A stretch of 64,000 nucleotides of DNA. It comes from Pyrinomonadaceae bacterium (GTDB lineage: Bacteria; Acidobacteriota; Blastocatellia; Pyrinomonadales; Pyrinomonadaceae). This document shows positions 38,318 to 47,830 of the stretch, piece by piece (within the stretch, counting starts at the first letter, position 1; every line of letters starts with the position of its first letter). The stretch is taken from the NCBI GenBank assembly GCA_037723965.1, contig JBBJOS010000002.1:15488-79487 (forward strand). The letters are read 5' to 3'. The translations under genes were made by a program, and so were the position numbers. The notes beneath the pieces were generated by a model that did not search any database, had not been told where the DNA came from, and worked only from the letters and a program-made list of their open reading frames with translations.

Positions 38318-38413
38318 GTAACGCCGCCATCTTGGCGGCTGTCTCGAGGGCATCTTGCCCTCGTACGCGTCGGTTGGAAGCAAACGCGACAGCCGGCGGG
38401 ACGCCGGCGTTAC
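38318..38413. repeat. three tandem mini-hairpins (7-bp stem, 3-nt loop) inside a larger inverted repeat
   Basis: gccgcca-tct-tggcggc (38323-38339), gagggca-tct-tgccctc (38346-38362) and gccggcg-gga-cgccggc (38392-38408). They are bracketed by gtaacgcc.../...ggcgttac. Confidence 0.75.
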
Positions 38414-38416
38414 AAT

Positions 38417-38450
38417 AAAAAAGGGCCAGGCGTTTCCGTCTGACCTGGTC
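38417..38450 (-). terminator. intrinsic terminator for the BON gene
   Basis: On the minus strand, stem gaccagg/cctggcc (one mismatch) is followed by cttttttatt. Confidence 0.45.
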
Positions 38451-38467
38451 TATTTATGTCTATTTAG

Positions 38468-39017
38468 CTACCGGACTTGATTTTCTATCACGAGGTTGTT
38501 CGTGACGCCAAACGACATCGGGACGCTTCTCGCCAGGATGTTCATCAGGTTGTAATCGCCGCGATTTGCAACATAGCCTTCGAGCGTTATATTGCCGCGT
38601 TCGACGACCAGCCTGACCGACGGATTAACCGTATTCAGATACCGGTACAAACCGCCGCGGTTCGCAAGCGTTCTGTAAAGATTTCTGCGAATCGATTCAT
38701 CAAAGCTTCCGAGCGGAAGAACATCGATGTTGTTAATCACATTGGTCACTCCCGGAATGTCCTCGACGACTCGTTCCGCACTTTCACGGTTTGTTGCGTT
38801 CCGAACTTTACCGAATAAAGTTACGGTTCCACCGTTAACCGAATATTTGATATTATCGAAAACTTCGTAATACGGCAGACGCAGTATCTTCTTAAAGACC
38901 TGCTGTTCGATCGTTTTCCCCGACCCTTTGCCGGAAAAATTTTGAGCATTTATGCTAACCGATGAAAAATGCCAAAATAGCGAATGCTGATATAATAAAA
39001 CCACTGAATATTTTCAT
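38468..39017 (-). CDS. BON-domain protein, with the signal peptide out of frame at a T5 run
   Basis: Two BON-like modules are present (VVEDIPGVTNVINNIDVLP; ...SFGVTNNLVI). The ATG at 39017 follows GGAG and gives MKIFSGFIISAFAILAFFIG, then a stop. One fewer T in the run at 38965-38969 would join it to ...SSVSINAQNFSG.... Confidence 0.8.
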
Positions 39018-39112
39018 TACCCAAACTTCTCCTTACCTTATTTCCATCACAAAATTGTGACGTAGTTAAGACGTAAAAATGGGCAAAAACGATGTCCGAA
39101 AAACGCTCCCGG

Positions 39113-39562
39113 TCAGTCTAGCTGGCGTAGCGCTTCGTATAAAACTATTGCCACGCTTGTTGCAAGGTTGAGGCTGCGGACATTAGCATTCGGCATCGGA
39201 ATTGTCAGGCAGCGTACGGCATTTTCGGCTAGAATTTCTTCCGGCAGCCCGCGTGTTTCACGGCCGAAAATCAGGCAGTCGTTTTGTTCAAACCGCCAAT
39301 CGGTATATGACCTTTTGGATTTCGTCGTGATGTAAAGAAACCGGGAATGCGGCAGGCTTTCGTAGAGGTTTTCGAGGGCGATGTGGCGGTGCAGGTTAAC
39401 ATTGTCCCAATAATCCAAGCCTGCACGTTTCAATGTCCGGTCGTCCATTCGAAATCCGGTGACGCCGACGATATGCAGATCGGTGAATGTCGCCGCGCAG
39501 AGTCGGGCGATATTGCCGGTATTCGGCGGTATCTCCGGTTCTAGAAGTGCAACGTGAAGCAT
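39113..39562 (-). CDS. trmL: tRNA (cytidine/uridine-2'-O)-methyltransferase TrmL (SpoU family)
   Basis: 149 aa. MLHVALLEPEIPPNTGNIARLCAA...LNLATSVAIVLYEALRQ is the typical SPOUT knot sequence. Confidence 0.9.
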   Translation of the reverse strand: MLHVALLEPEIPPNTGNIARLCAATFTDLHIVGVTGFRMDDRTLKRAGLDYWDNVNLHRHIALENLYESLPHSRFLYITTKSKRSYTDWRFEQNDCLIFGRETRGLPEEILAENAVRCLTIPMPNANVRSLNLATSVAIVLYEALRQLD

Positions 39563-39579
39563 CAGGCTTTGTTATCGTA

Positions 39580-40179
39580 CTACTTCAGAAAGTTGGAGCA
39601 GAATTGGGTCCAGGTCGCGTTTTGGATGCCGAGGTAATAGCCGAGATTCGCGGTCGCTGCGTTGCGGATCGTTTCCCCAACACCGCCGGTGCTTTCGGTA
39701 TTTTGTCTTTCGGCGATTCCGATGACATACATCGACAGCGTTTTGCCGTCGTTTTGCAGGCAAAAATTATTTCTTGCTTCGGGGACATAAAAGTGTGAAA
39801 TCACGGTTTTATCCTGCGGATTTGTGGTTGGATCGTATGACGGTTTTACTGTGATTACAAATTCGGCGGGCGTGTCATAAATTGACACGACTTCAACCCA
39901 ATCGTATTTACCGGAGCCGTGTAGGGTTATCCTAATAAAATTGCCAGTGGAAATAGGTTCTCCACCGATTTCGAGGCCGTCGTTATCAAAAAGCTTATAG
40001 CTGGAAGGGCTAGAGTTCTTGTCCCATTCGTCTATCATCAGCAGGCTTCGCTTCGTTTGATCGAAAAAATTGGAACGTTCGATCTCTGATCGAAAACTGC
40101 GTTTGGCAAAATTAACGGACGTACCTCCTTCCTTGGATGAATTCGCCTCTTTTAACAGATCTTGTATTTTTGCTCTCAT
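39580..40179 (-). CDS. hypothetical protein (probably co-transcribed with trmL)
   Basis: 199-aa ORF, 17 nt upstream of trmL. No motif was recognised. Confidence 0.6.
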   Translation of the reverse strand: MRAKIQDLLKEANSSKEGGTSVNFAKRSFRSEIERSNFFDQTKRSLLMIDEWDKNSSPSSYKLFDNDGLEIGGEPISTGNFIRITLHGSGKYDWVEVVSIYDTPAEFVITVKPSYDPTTNPQDKTVISHFYVPEARNNFCLQNDGKTLSMYVIGIAERQNTESTGGVGETIRNAATANLGYYLGIQNATWTQFCSNFLK

Positions 40180-40357
40180 ATTGAAAACAGATTATAGATT
40201 TTCCGGTCCATTATTTCCATTATTAACATGCAATGCATCCCAAGTCCCCGAAATTTCATCAATTACATCAGTTTCCCGCGGCGGCGATGCCGAAAAAGTT
40301 ACTTTATGTTACAATCCGCAATTGTGATTTTTCCATTGAATTAAGGAGAAAACCCTA

Positions 40358-41182
40358 GTGTTTTTGCGTTTCAAAACTTTGATCTTCGTTATTTCTCTGG
40401 CTCTCGCGTCGGGTGTCTTTGTATCAGGACAGGCAGTCCCGGCGAAAAAGGATGAAAAAAAGCCAGAGCCCGCCGCCGCGCCTATCAGCAAGGATGCTTC
40501 GAAAACCGTTACAGCGGAACAGGTGGCCGAATCAGCCATTCTGGTTTACGCATTTCCGGGCGGACGTGTCACGCTGAATCAGATCCGCAAAACCGCCATC
40601 GAGCGCGGGAAAATGACTATTCCGAATGCGGAAGGCAAAATGGCCCAGGCAAGCTATCAGAAATTCACTTCGCGCGGCGAAACCCTTGGCAAAGAGAAGA
40701 TTCGGCTCGACCAGGAATTTCCCGGAACCCGCTATTCGCTGGTGTACAAGGAAGATAAAATATTCGGCATTGCGAACGACACGGTCTTCGATCCGCTCGA
40801 AGAAGCATCGCGATCGTTTCAAAATCAGATAGTTTACGGCCTCGAAGCCCTGCTGCGGTACAAGGAAAATGAATCGAAGGTGGAACTCGGCGGGCGTGAA
40901 AAGATATTGGGCGTGGATTTCTATTTTCTCGACGTGACCGATAAGCAGAACCGCAAAACCCGTTTTTACATCAGCTCTAAATCATTCCGCGTGATGATGC
41001 TCGAATACGAAGACGCGGGCGTTAAATACAAGCGAAAATTTTACAACTACAATTATGCGCAGGGGACGCTCGTTCCTTACCGCTCTGTTCTCTGGGCCGG
41101 CGACAAAATGATCGAGGAAACGGAGATCGGCACGGTTACATACGGCCAGAAGGTCGATGACGGACTATTTGCCGCAAGTTAA
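40358..41182 (+). CDS. secreted protein of unknown function (LolA-like fold suspected)
   Basis: The GTG start follows an AAGGAG Shine-Dalgarno. A signal peptide is present. The architecture resembles that of the gene at 49483-50346. Confidence 0.65.
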   Translation: MFLRFKTLIFVISLALASGVFVSGQAVPAKKDEKKPEPAAAPISKDASKTVTAEQVAESAILVYAFPGGRVTLNQIRKTAIERGKMTIPNAEGKMAQASYQKFTSRGETLGKEKIRLDQEFPGTRYSLVYKEDKIFGIANDTVFDPLEEASRSFQNQIVYGLEALLRYKENESKVELGGREKILGVDFYFLDVTDKQNRKTRFYISSKSFRVMMLEYEDAGVKYKRKFYNYNYAQGTLVPYRSVLWAGDKMIEETEIGTVTYGQKVDDGLFAAS

Positions 41183-41190
41183 GAAATAAG

Positions 41191-41272
41191 AGTTATAGCC
41201 GCAAAAAGGCACAAAAAGCGCGAAGAAATTTTTTTTAGCTTTTTGTGCCTTTTTGCGGCTATAACTTTTTTG
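41191..41272 (+). terminator. 29-bp perfect-stem intrinsic terminator
   Basis: agttatagccgcaaaaaggcacaaaaagc (41191-41219) pairs perfectly with gctttttgtgcctttttgcggctataact (41238-41266). T6 follows. Confidence 0.8.
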
Positions 41273-41339
41273 CAACTTTACATTGGTTCATCTGTGGAAA
41301 CATTCGTCCTTCCCGAATTTTTTTCATAGGAGAACTACA

Positions 41340-41951
41340 ATGAACCGTTTAAAAACTTCCTTTCTGATTTCCGCAATTTCCTTCATCTTTCTGATCGGTG
41401 CCGCATCGGCACAAGTGGAACCCAAAACGATCGAACCGAGCTACGAGGCCGTTTTGCACCTGATCGTCGGCTCCGGCGAGACATCCGGAAAAGACGCCAT
41501 TCCTCAAAACCTGACAAATGTCTCGCGGCAGATAAAAAGTAACTTCACATTCGCCAATTACCGCCTAGCAAATACCTTCGTCGGAAGGATAGCCAACACC
41601 GGAAGCTTCGAATATAAGAGTCTGTCCGATATGTTCGGGGACACTGGTAATGAATCAAGGACGTTTCTTTAATGGATGCTTAATGGCCTGAAGGCCGTAC
41701 CCGGTGCTGCGGGGCCTGTTTCATTTCAGGCGCAATCATTCAGGTTCGGAGCCCGGGTTCCGGTGAAGACGGGACAGACCAAAAATTCCGAAGGCCAGGT
41801 AATAGACATAATCAACTATGAATCAGTTGGGCTAACTATGAACCGGACAAGCCTCGGCGAGAATAAGCCGACGCTGATAGGAACGCTTTCGCTTCCAAAG
41901 ACAAGCGGAACACTTTTCCTGATACTCACGATAAAAGCGGTCGAAAATTGA
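41340..41951 (+). CDS. secreted protein interrupted by an in-frame TAA (41670-41672)
   Basis: The ATG at 41340 follows AGGAG. The signal peptide is MNRLKTSFLISAISFIFLIGAASAQ. The two track ORFs (ending 41672, starting 41676) share one frame and are separated only by TAA-TGG. There is no Shine-Dalgarno before 41676. Confidence 0.5.
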
Positions 41952-42052
41952 GCGCTTTACAAATTACGCAACTTTTCCGCCCTACTGACGTGTTTCAAAT
42001 CGTAAGGCGGCTTTTGTTTTGATTCGGAATGTGATGTAAAAAGTATGAGTGT

Positions 42053-42685
42053 ATGCCATTGGACAAAATCGAAACCGGACGCTCGGAGGTGCTGCGAACC
42101 TCTGTGTCTGAAAAGAAATTATCCGACCATGCTCTCATCGAAGCGACAAAGAACGGCGACGAAGCGGCTTTTGCCGAGATCGTCGGGCGTTACCGCAGTC
42201 CGATCACGAACTACCTTTACAGATTTTTGAACGATTACGAAGAGGCGGTCGATCTGTCGCAGGAAACGTTCGTCCGCGTCTATTTCGCGATCGAGCGGTA
42301 TCACACGGAATACGCTTTTTCGACCTATATTTACCGCATCGCGACAAATCTGGCGATCAGCGAAATACGCAAACGCAAGCGGCGGACGATCCTTTCGCTG
42401 ACCGGCTTGTTTCAGACCGATGCCGAGGACGTGACCGAATTTCAGCCGCCTGATACGCGTTCGCTGCCGGACGAAGATCTGCTCGAAGGCGAGCAGGCCG
42501 GCGTGATCGCAAAGGCGATCGGGACATTGCCGCCGAAATACCGCGTTCCGATTATTTTACGCGATATAGAAGGGAAAACTTACGAAGAGATCGCCGAGAT
42601 CATGGAACTCGGATTGGGAACGACGAAATCGCGGATCAGCCGGGCGAGAGGCCTGCTGAAGGAAAAGCTGAAACATTACTTTTAG
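42053..42685 (+). CDS. ECF (RpoE-like) sigma-70 factor
   Basis: Region 2 reads DLSQETFVRVY...YIYRIATNLAISE. Region 4 reads PPKYRVPIILRDIEGKTYEEIAEIMELGLGTTKSRISRAR. Confidence 0.9.
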   Translation: MPLDKIETGRSEVLRTSVSEKKLSDHALIEATKNGDEAAFAEIVGRYRSPITNYLYRFLNDYEEAVDLSQETFVRVYFAIERYHTEYAFSTYIYRIATNLAISEIRKRKRRTILSLTGLFQTDAEDVTEFQPPDTRSLPDEDLLEGEQAGVIAKAIGTLPPKYRVPIILRDIEGKTYEEIAEIMELGLGTTKSRISRARGLLKEKLKHYF

Positions 42686-42691
42686 TAAACG

Positions 42692-43537
42692 ATGATTTAC
42701 AAAAACGAGAAAAATAGAGAAATAAAGAGCGAAGTTCTGAATTCGGACGAACAAAAGATCGCTGGAATGATCGGGAACTTGAAACGAATCGAGGCGCCGA
42801 AGGACTTCGATTATCGATTGAAGGCCCGAATCGCAAATGCAAATCCGGCTAGTTACCGGCCCGCGGCATTTTTCCCTATTCTGCGTTACGTCATGCCGCT
42901 CGGCCTGTTTTTATTAGTTGGTGGAGCTCTGATGTGGAACGGCGGGATGAATATCGATAACGAAAGTGTTCCGTCGGTGGCGGAAACCGTTCAGCCATTC
43001 GTTCGGCCGGTCGAAGGTCGGCCCGAAGCGAATATTTCGCGTCCTGATGAAATCGGCACAGCCGCCGTCGTTCCGCAGATGATTGATACTTCGGAACCGC
43101 GGATCGAACAAGCGGCCATTAGAAAGGGAAAAACTTCTTTGGGAAAAATCGAACGAATTTCCGCAACTTCCCGCACTTCTTCAGTCGATATGGCCTTAAA
43201 GCAGGCTCCGAAAACGATTCTGCCTCGCGGTTTCGATTCAGAAGCGACAACGATAAATAATACAATTCCCAATTCGGGAATTCCACGTCAATTCACCGCC
43301 GGGGAGATTCTTTCGACAATTGGAATTAAAGCTAAATTTCAGGGCAAGGGCTGGAAGGTCGGGTCGGTAGCGAAAGGCAGTTTGGCTGACAGTTCCGGAA
43401 TTCAGCCCGGCGATTCGATCGAAGCAATAGACGGCGAAGCTCTGGGAGATAAAAAGGTTTTCACCGGCGGTTTCAACGCAAAAAAGATCAGGGTCGTGCG
43501 CGATTCAAAAGATCTTGAGATCAACTTAAAGCCGTAA
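42692..43537 (+). CDS. putative membrane anti-sigma factor with a C-terminal PDZ domain
   Basis: It starts 7 nt after the sigma gene. It has a single TM helix (VMPLGLFLLVGGALMW). The PDZ-like C-terminus reads GWKVGSVAKGSLADSSGIQPGDSIEAIDGEAL. Confidence 0.65.
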   Translation: MIYKNEKNREIKSEVLNSDEQKIAGMIGNLKRIEAPKDFDYRLKARIANANPASYRPAAFFPILRYVMPLGLFLLVGGALMWNGGMNIDNESVPSVAETVQPFVRPVEGRPEANISRPDEIGTAAVVPQMIDTSEPRIEQAAIRKGKTSLGKIERISATSRTSSVDMALKQAPKTILPRGFDSEATTINNTIPNSGIPRQFTAGEILSTIGIKAKFQGKGWKVGSVAKGSLADSSGIQPGDSIEAIDGEALGDKKVFTGGFNAKKIRVVRDSKDLEINLKP

Positions 43538-43973
43538 GCACTGGAGCGCTGAGCGTCCGGTAGCAATGAGCGTGAAACGCGACAAACGTTGAGCAATGGA
43601 AAATAACGAATCTTAATTCCTAATTCCATTGTCCGTTTTACATTTTCCATTGCAGCGTAACGCGTTCGCGGACTCCGGGGGCAGGCAGGGTGCCTGCGTT
43701 CCATTCAAAGATCGTTCACCTTCGCATCATTCACCTCGGTTGTAAATTTGCGGTAATCGTAAGATTTGACGATCTGGTTGATGTCGATTCCTTTCACCAG
43801 CAAAACTCTTATCGACAAATTTATATCAGCCGAGGACGGCAGCCAGATCGCGTCATTTATCCGCTCTTGTTCGAGCGTGAACGACGCTCCTTTCTTGAGC
43901 TTCGCGACCACCGCCGCCGATATTATAGCTATCGAATAAAAACGCTTCGAGACGGGCGACCCGCCGGGGGCCG

Positions 43974-44753
43974 CTACCGCTCGCGGTGCTGGCCTGTTGA
44001 TTGCGGGAGTAGGAACAAGCCGATCAAGTAAAGCACCACAGTAAAAAATTGAATGTAACCCGTTCCGGCAGAAAAACGCGGCAGGTCGAGCAACCATGTG
44101 AATGTTTCCTTCGCCGGATTTTCGATGATCGAACGCAGCCAGCTTTCGCTCGCCGGGGCCGTCAGATTCGCTAATATCAAATACTTGACGACGAATGCGA
44201 GGCCGAACAATCCGCCGAGGCTCTGCAGCAGTTTTTTGGTATCGAAATCCGCGAAAAGGTTATTCCATAGCGTCCAGAAAAAGCAGAACGCTACGATCCA
44301 GAACGGCAAGCCTTGTTCCGGTAACAATGAATTGAATAGCTGCACGGTCGCCGCAAAGAGCGACAGCAATACCGCCGCATTCGCCGCATTTTTTGTCATT
44401 TCGAAGTCTTCCGAAAACCAGCTCTCGAGCCGGATTAGCCCCGAGCGAAAGAAAAGCACGAGCATCACCGAAGCGAAAATAAGGCAAAAGAGCGCGGGTT
44501 TAAGAAAGATGAACGAGCCGTCTAAACCGCTCAATCGCAAGCCGCCAAGTAGTGCGGCGGTGAGGCAAATAAACGGAAGCACAAAATATAGAAGATAGTA
44601 TTTTTGGTTTTCGTTTTGTTTCGGTGTTTCGGTCTTGGGCCCAATGGACTTGCGTGTTGATACCGCCGTCATGACCTCGGAATCATTCGTCTCTTCGGCT
44701 ACTTCGGCATCGATGACATGCAAATTTTCTATATTGGAATGATCTATTTCCAT
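43974..44753 (-). CDS. polytopic membrane protein of unknown function
   Basis: 259 aa with an acidic N-terminus and 6 or more hydrophobic helices. Its 3' end overlaps an open frame (43705-44097) that may be its displaced C-terminal domain. Confidence 0.6.
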   Translation of the reverse strand: MEIDHSNIENLHVIDAEVAEETNDSEVMTAVSTRKSIGPKTETPKQNENQKYYLLYFVLPFICLTAALLGGLRLSGLDGSFIFLKPALFCLIFASVMLVLFFRSGLIRLESWFSEDFEMTKNAANAAVLLSLFAATVQLFNSLLPEQGLPFWIVAFCFFWTLWNNLFADFDTKKLLQSLGGLFGLAFVVKYLILANLTAPASESWLRSIIENPAKETFTWLLDLPRFSAGTGYIQFFTVVLYLIGLFLLPQSTGQHRER

Positions 44754-44764
44754 TAATTCAACCG

Positions 44765-45292
44765 TTATTTCCGCTCTCTTATCAACCGCAGCGGGTTGAA
44801 GTCGTCGGCAGTAATTTTAAGGCCTTCTTCGAGTTCCGATTTTAGTTCCACCGATGTTCGCAACTGTAAATTGGTATCGTTCGAGCGAAAATTCGGATCG
44901 AGTAATGTTACGCGTGCAAGCGTTTCCAAACTTTGTTTGAACAATGCATCGTCATTAGAAATCCGTCCCCAGCCTTGCCTGTAAAAGCTGTAAGCAATGT
45001 AAAACTGAGTTGCCGGGTCGCGTTTTTCCGGGTCCGCCTTATCAAAACCATCGCGGGCCAATACAAAATTATCCTGCCGGAAAGCCTGCAGGCCTTCATT
45101 GAATTTCGCGGCGTCGATCTCATAGGTTCCGGCAATGACCTGACCTTTCGTCACCGCGTTTTCGACCGTCGATTTTGCCTTGATAGTAACTTCTTCCAAT
45201 GACCGAGGCTCAGCGGCATAGAGGAACACAATGAAGATTCCGTAAATGGCAGCGACCGCAATGCCTGTTATCTGGATATACTTTTCTTTCAT
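44765..45292 (-). CDS. membrane-anchored protein of unknown function
   Basis: MKEKYIQITGIAVAAIYGIFIVFLYAA is a signal anchor. A helical TPR-like region follows. Confidence 0.6.
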   Translation of the reverse strand: MKEKYIQITGIAVAAIYGIFIVFLYAAEPRSLEEVTIKAKSTVENAVTKGQVIAGTYEIDAAKFNEGLQAFRQDNFVLARDGFDKADPEKRDPATQFYIAYSFYRQGWGRISNDDALFKQSLETLARVTLLDPNFRSNDTNLQLRTSVELKSELEEGLKITADDFNPLRLIRERK

Positions 45293-45396
45293 TGCTATAA
45301 TTACCGGAACTTCTAGAGGATACACTTTTTAGGATGGATTTCGCTACGAAGCTGTTGGCTCGATTCTTCGGTTTAATTTTTTTAAGAAAACTATTT

Positions 45397-47058
45397 ATGA
45401 TGATCAGATTTTCCGTCGTGCTGCTGACTCTTTTGCTTTGTCCTTCGATTTGGGGACAGAATTTTACCGCCGACCTCGTCGTGACAAACGCCAACGTCCG
45501 CACTATGAATTCCGCTCAGAAACAGGCGACGTCAATCGCTGTTCTCGGCGGTAAAATAATTGCAGTCGGCAGCGACGCCGACATTAAAACGCTTATCGGG
45601 CCGAAAACGAAGGTCATCGACGCGAAGGGCAAACTCGTAATTCCGGGCTTTAACGACGCGCATGTGCATTTTCTTGAAGTCGGGCAGCAGCTGTCTTCGG
45701 TTGATCTGCGTGACGCGAAAACGCCGCAGGAATTTGTCGAGCGGATAAAGAATTTTGCCTCGAAACTGCCGAAAGGCCGATGGATCCTCGGCGGGAAATG
45801 GGACCATGAGAACTGGACGCCGAATAATTTGCCGACGGCGGCGATGATCGATGCGGTGACGCCGGACAACCCGGTATTTATCGACCGGCTCGACGGGCAT
45901 ATGGCTCTCGCCAACAGCTTGGCGATGAGTCTCGCCAAAGTCGATAAGGCCACGAAAGATGTGGACGGCGGCGAAATAGTCCGCAACACAAGCGGGAATC
46001 CGACCGGCGTACTGAAAGACGCGGCGATGACCTACATCGCAAAAGTTATACCGGCTTTTTCGTTTGAACAGAAAATGGAAGCGGCACAGGCGGCAACCGA
46101 TTACGCGGCCAGCCTCGGCGTAACGAGTGTACAGGATATGTCCGCCGGGACGGATGTCGGCGTTTACCAGGAATTGCTGCGGCGCGGAACTTTGAAAACA
46201 CGTGTTTACGGCTGTTCGCCGCTTTCCGAGTTCGCGAAATGGCAGGCGGCCGGGCTTCATCACGCTTTTGGCGATGCAATGCTTCGCGTCGGATGCGTTA
46301 AAGGCTACAGTGACGGCAGTTTGGGCTCGACGACCGCATGGTTTTTCGAGCCGTACCGTGATGCTCCAAATACTAGCGGCTTGGCTTCCGACGAGATCCC
46401 GAAGATGCCGGAGATCGCCGCGGCCGCGGATAAAGCGGGATTACAATTGATGATTCACGCCATCGGCGACCGGGCAAACGCGATCGTGCTCGATAATTTC
46501 CTAAAAGCGGCACAGGCCAATGGCGACCGCGACCGGCGTTTTCGGATCGAGCATGCGCAGCATCTGCGGCAGGAAGACATCAAGCGCTTCGGCACGCAAA
46601 AAGTCGTCGCTTCGATGCAGCCTTTTCACATCATTGACGATGGCCGCTGGGCATGGAAACGGATTGACGAGAAGCGTTTGAAGGGGACTTACGCGTTTAG
46701 AACGCTGCTAGATTCGGGAGCGGTGCTGGCATTCGGTTCGGATTCGCCGGTCGCGCCGCTCAATCCGCTACTCGGCGTTTACGCTGCGGTAACACGGCGG
46801 ACGTTAGATGATAAAAATCCGAATGGCTGGATTCCCGAGCAGAAAATTTCGGTCGAAGAAACAGTAAAGGCCTTCACATCCAGTTCTGCATACGCTGAAT
46901 TTCAGGAAAAAATAAAAGGTACTATCGAAGTGGGAAAGCTCGCGGATTTTGTTATCCTGTCGGGTGATATTTTTACCGTTGATCCGGTTACTATACGAGA
47001 TATAAAGGTTTTAACTACTGTGATGGATGGAAGAATCGTTTACGAAATACGGCCGTAA
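45397..47058 (+). CDS. secreted amidohydrolase-family metal-dependent hydrolase
   Basis: Signal peptide [20 protein letters not shown]. Motifs are GFNDAHVHF, ...HAIGDRA... and FGSDSPV (Amidohydro_3-like). Confidence 0.88.
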   Translation: MMIRFSVVLLTLLLCPSIWGQNFTADLVVTNANVRTMNSAQKQATSIAVLGGKIIAVGSDADIKTLIGPKTKVIDAKGKLVIPGFNDAHVHFLEVGQQLSSVDLRDAKTPQEFVERIKNFASKLPKGRWILGGKWDHENWTPNNLPTAAMIDAVTPDNPVFIDRLDGHMALANSLAMSLAKVDKATKDVDGGEIVRNTSGNPTGVLKDAAMTYIAKVIPAFSFEQKMEAAQAATDYAASLGVTSVQDMSAGTDVGVYQELLRRGTLKTRVYGCSPLSEFAKWQAAGLHHAFGDAMLRVGCVKGYSDGSLGSTTAWFFEPYRDAPNTSGLASDEIPKMPEIAAAADKAGLQLMIHAIGDRANAIVLDNFLKAAQANGDRDRRFRIEHAQHLRQEDIKRFGTQKVVASMQPFHIIDDGRWAWKRIDEKRLKGTYAFRTLLDSGAVLAFGSDSPVAPLNPLLGVYAAVTRRTLDDKNPNGWIPEQKISVEETVKAFTSSSAYAEFQEKIKGTIEVGKLADFVILSGDIFTVDPVTIRDIKVLTTVMDGRIVYEIRP

Positions 47059-47089
47059 CGCCGCCGTTAGATTTTATTTGAGAGTATAT

Positions 47090-47623
47090 ATGAAAAAATT
47101 ATTATCAATATCAATTGCAATCCTGGCCTTTTCGTTCTCGGCCTTGGCTCAAGGGGAAATGAACAGCAAGGGCGAGCCGGTGGTGTCCAATAAAAACAAT
47201 GCACCTTTGGAATGGAAAGCGGGTGAAAAGATCACGCGCGGGGATGCTTTGGTGGCGGGAACCAGGAAAGTATCTGTGGAAAAGGCGCTCATGAGCCCGG
47301 ATAAATATGCGGGCAAGACCGTCGCGGTCAACGGCGTAGTCGTGCGTTCGTGTAAGAAGGAAGGCTGCTGGATGGAAATGGGCGACAAGGCCGGCGGGAA
47401 ATCGGTTCGCGTGACATTCGGCGACCATAAGTTTTTTATCCCGCTCAATTCGGCCGGCATGAGTGTGAAAGCTCAGGGCGTTTTTAAGACGAAGATTCTG
47501 CCGAAAGATCACGTCGATCATCTGATAAACGATGACGGAGCTAAGTTCGACAACCGCAATGCGGATGGAACGGTGACGGAAGTTTCGTTTGAAGCGACGG
47601 GTGTGGAGTTGACAAAAAAATAG
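47090..47623 (+). CDS. DUF4920-like secreted protein
   Basis: Signal peptide MKKLLSISIAILAFSFSALA. The core reads VNGVVVRSCKKEGCWMEMGD...VRVTFGDHKFFIP. Confidence 0.75.
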   Translation: MKKLLSISIAILAFSFSALAQGEMNSKGEPVVSNKNNAPLEWKAGEKITRGDALVAGTRKVSVEKALMSPDKYAGKTVAVNGVVVRSCKKEGCWMEMGDKAGGKSVRVTFGDHKFFIPLNSAGMSVKAQGVFKTKILPKDHVDHLINDDGAKFDNRNADGTVTEVSFEATGVELTKK

Positions 47624-47630
47624 AGTTTGC

Positions 47631-47690
47631 TTCACGCTTCAGCGTGTATTTTGCGTGGCGAAGAGGTACGCTGAAGCGTGAACTCAGAAC
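47631..47690. repeat. GTTCTGAG/CTCAGAAC-family element (copy 3)
   Basis: 15-bp inverted repeat: ttcacgcttcagcgt (47631-47645) with acgctgaagcgtgaa (47668-47682). The 20-mer ctgaagcgtgaactcagaac (47671-47690) matches copy 1 at 18/20. Confidence 0.75.
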
Positions 47691-47692
47691 AT

Positions 47693-47736
47693 AAAAAAGA
47701 CGCGGCCGAATTATTTCGGCCGCGTCTTTTTGTTTT
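47693..47736. terminator. bidirectional intrinsic terminator
   Basis: An A-run, then the 12-bp stem gacgcggccgaa/ttcggccgcgtc with loop ttat, then a T-run. Confidence 0.7.
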
Positions 47737-47749
47737 GCCCGATCGAGAT

Positions 47750-47830
47750 TTAGAACTTAAATCTCGATCCGAGCTGTGCCTGTCGGGGTTCGCCGAATCC
47801 GGCTAAAGACCGTTCCATCGAAGTTGAATG
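47750..47830 (-). pseudogene. relic of an outer-membrane beta-barrel (TonB-dependent-receptor-like) C-terminus
   Basis: The minus strand reads ...SLAGFGEPRQAQLGSRFKF-stop, a typical OMP beta-signal ending in F. Only about 26 codons are open before upstream stops. Confidence 0.4.
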
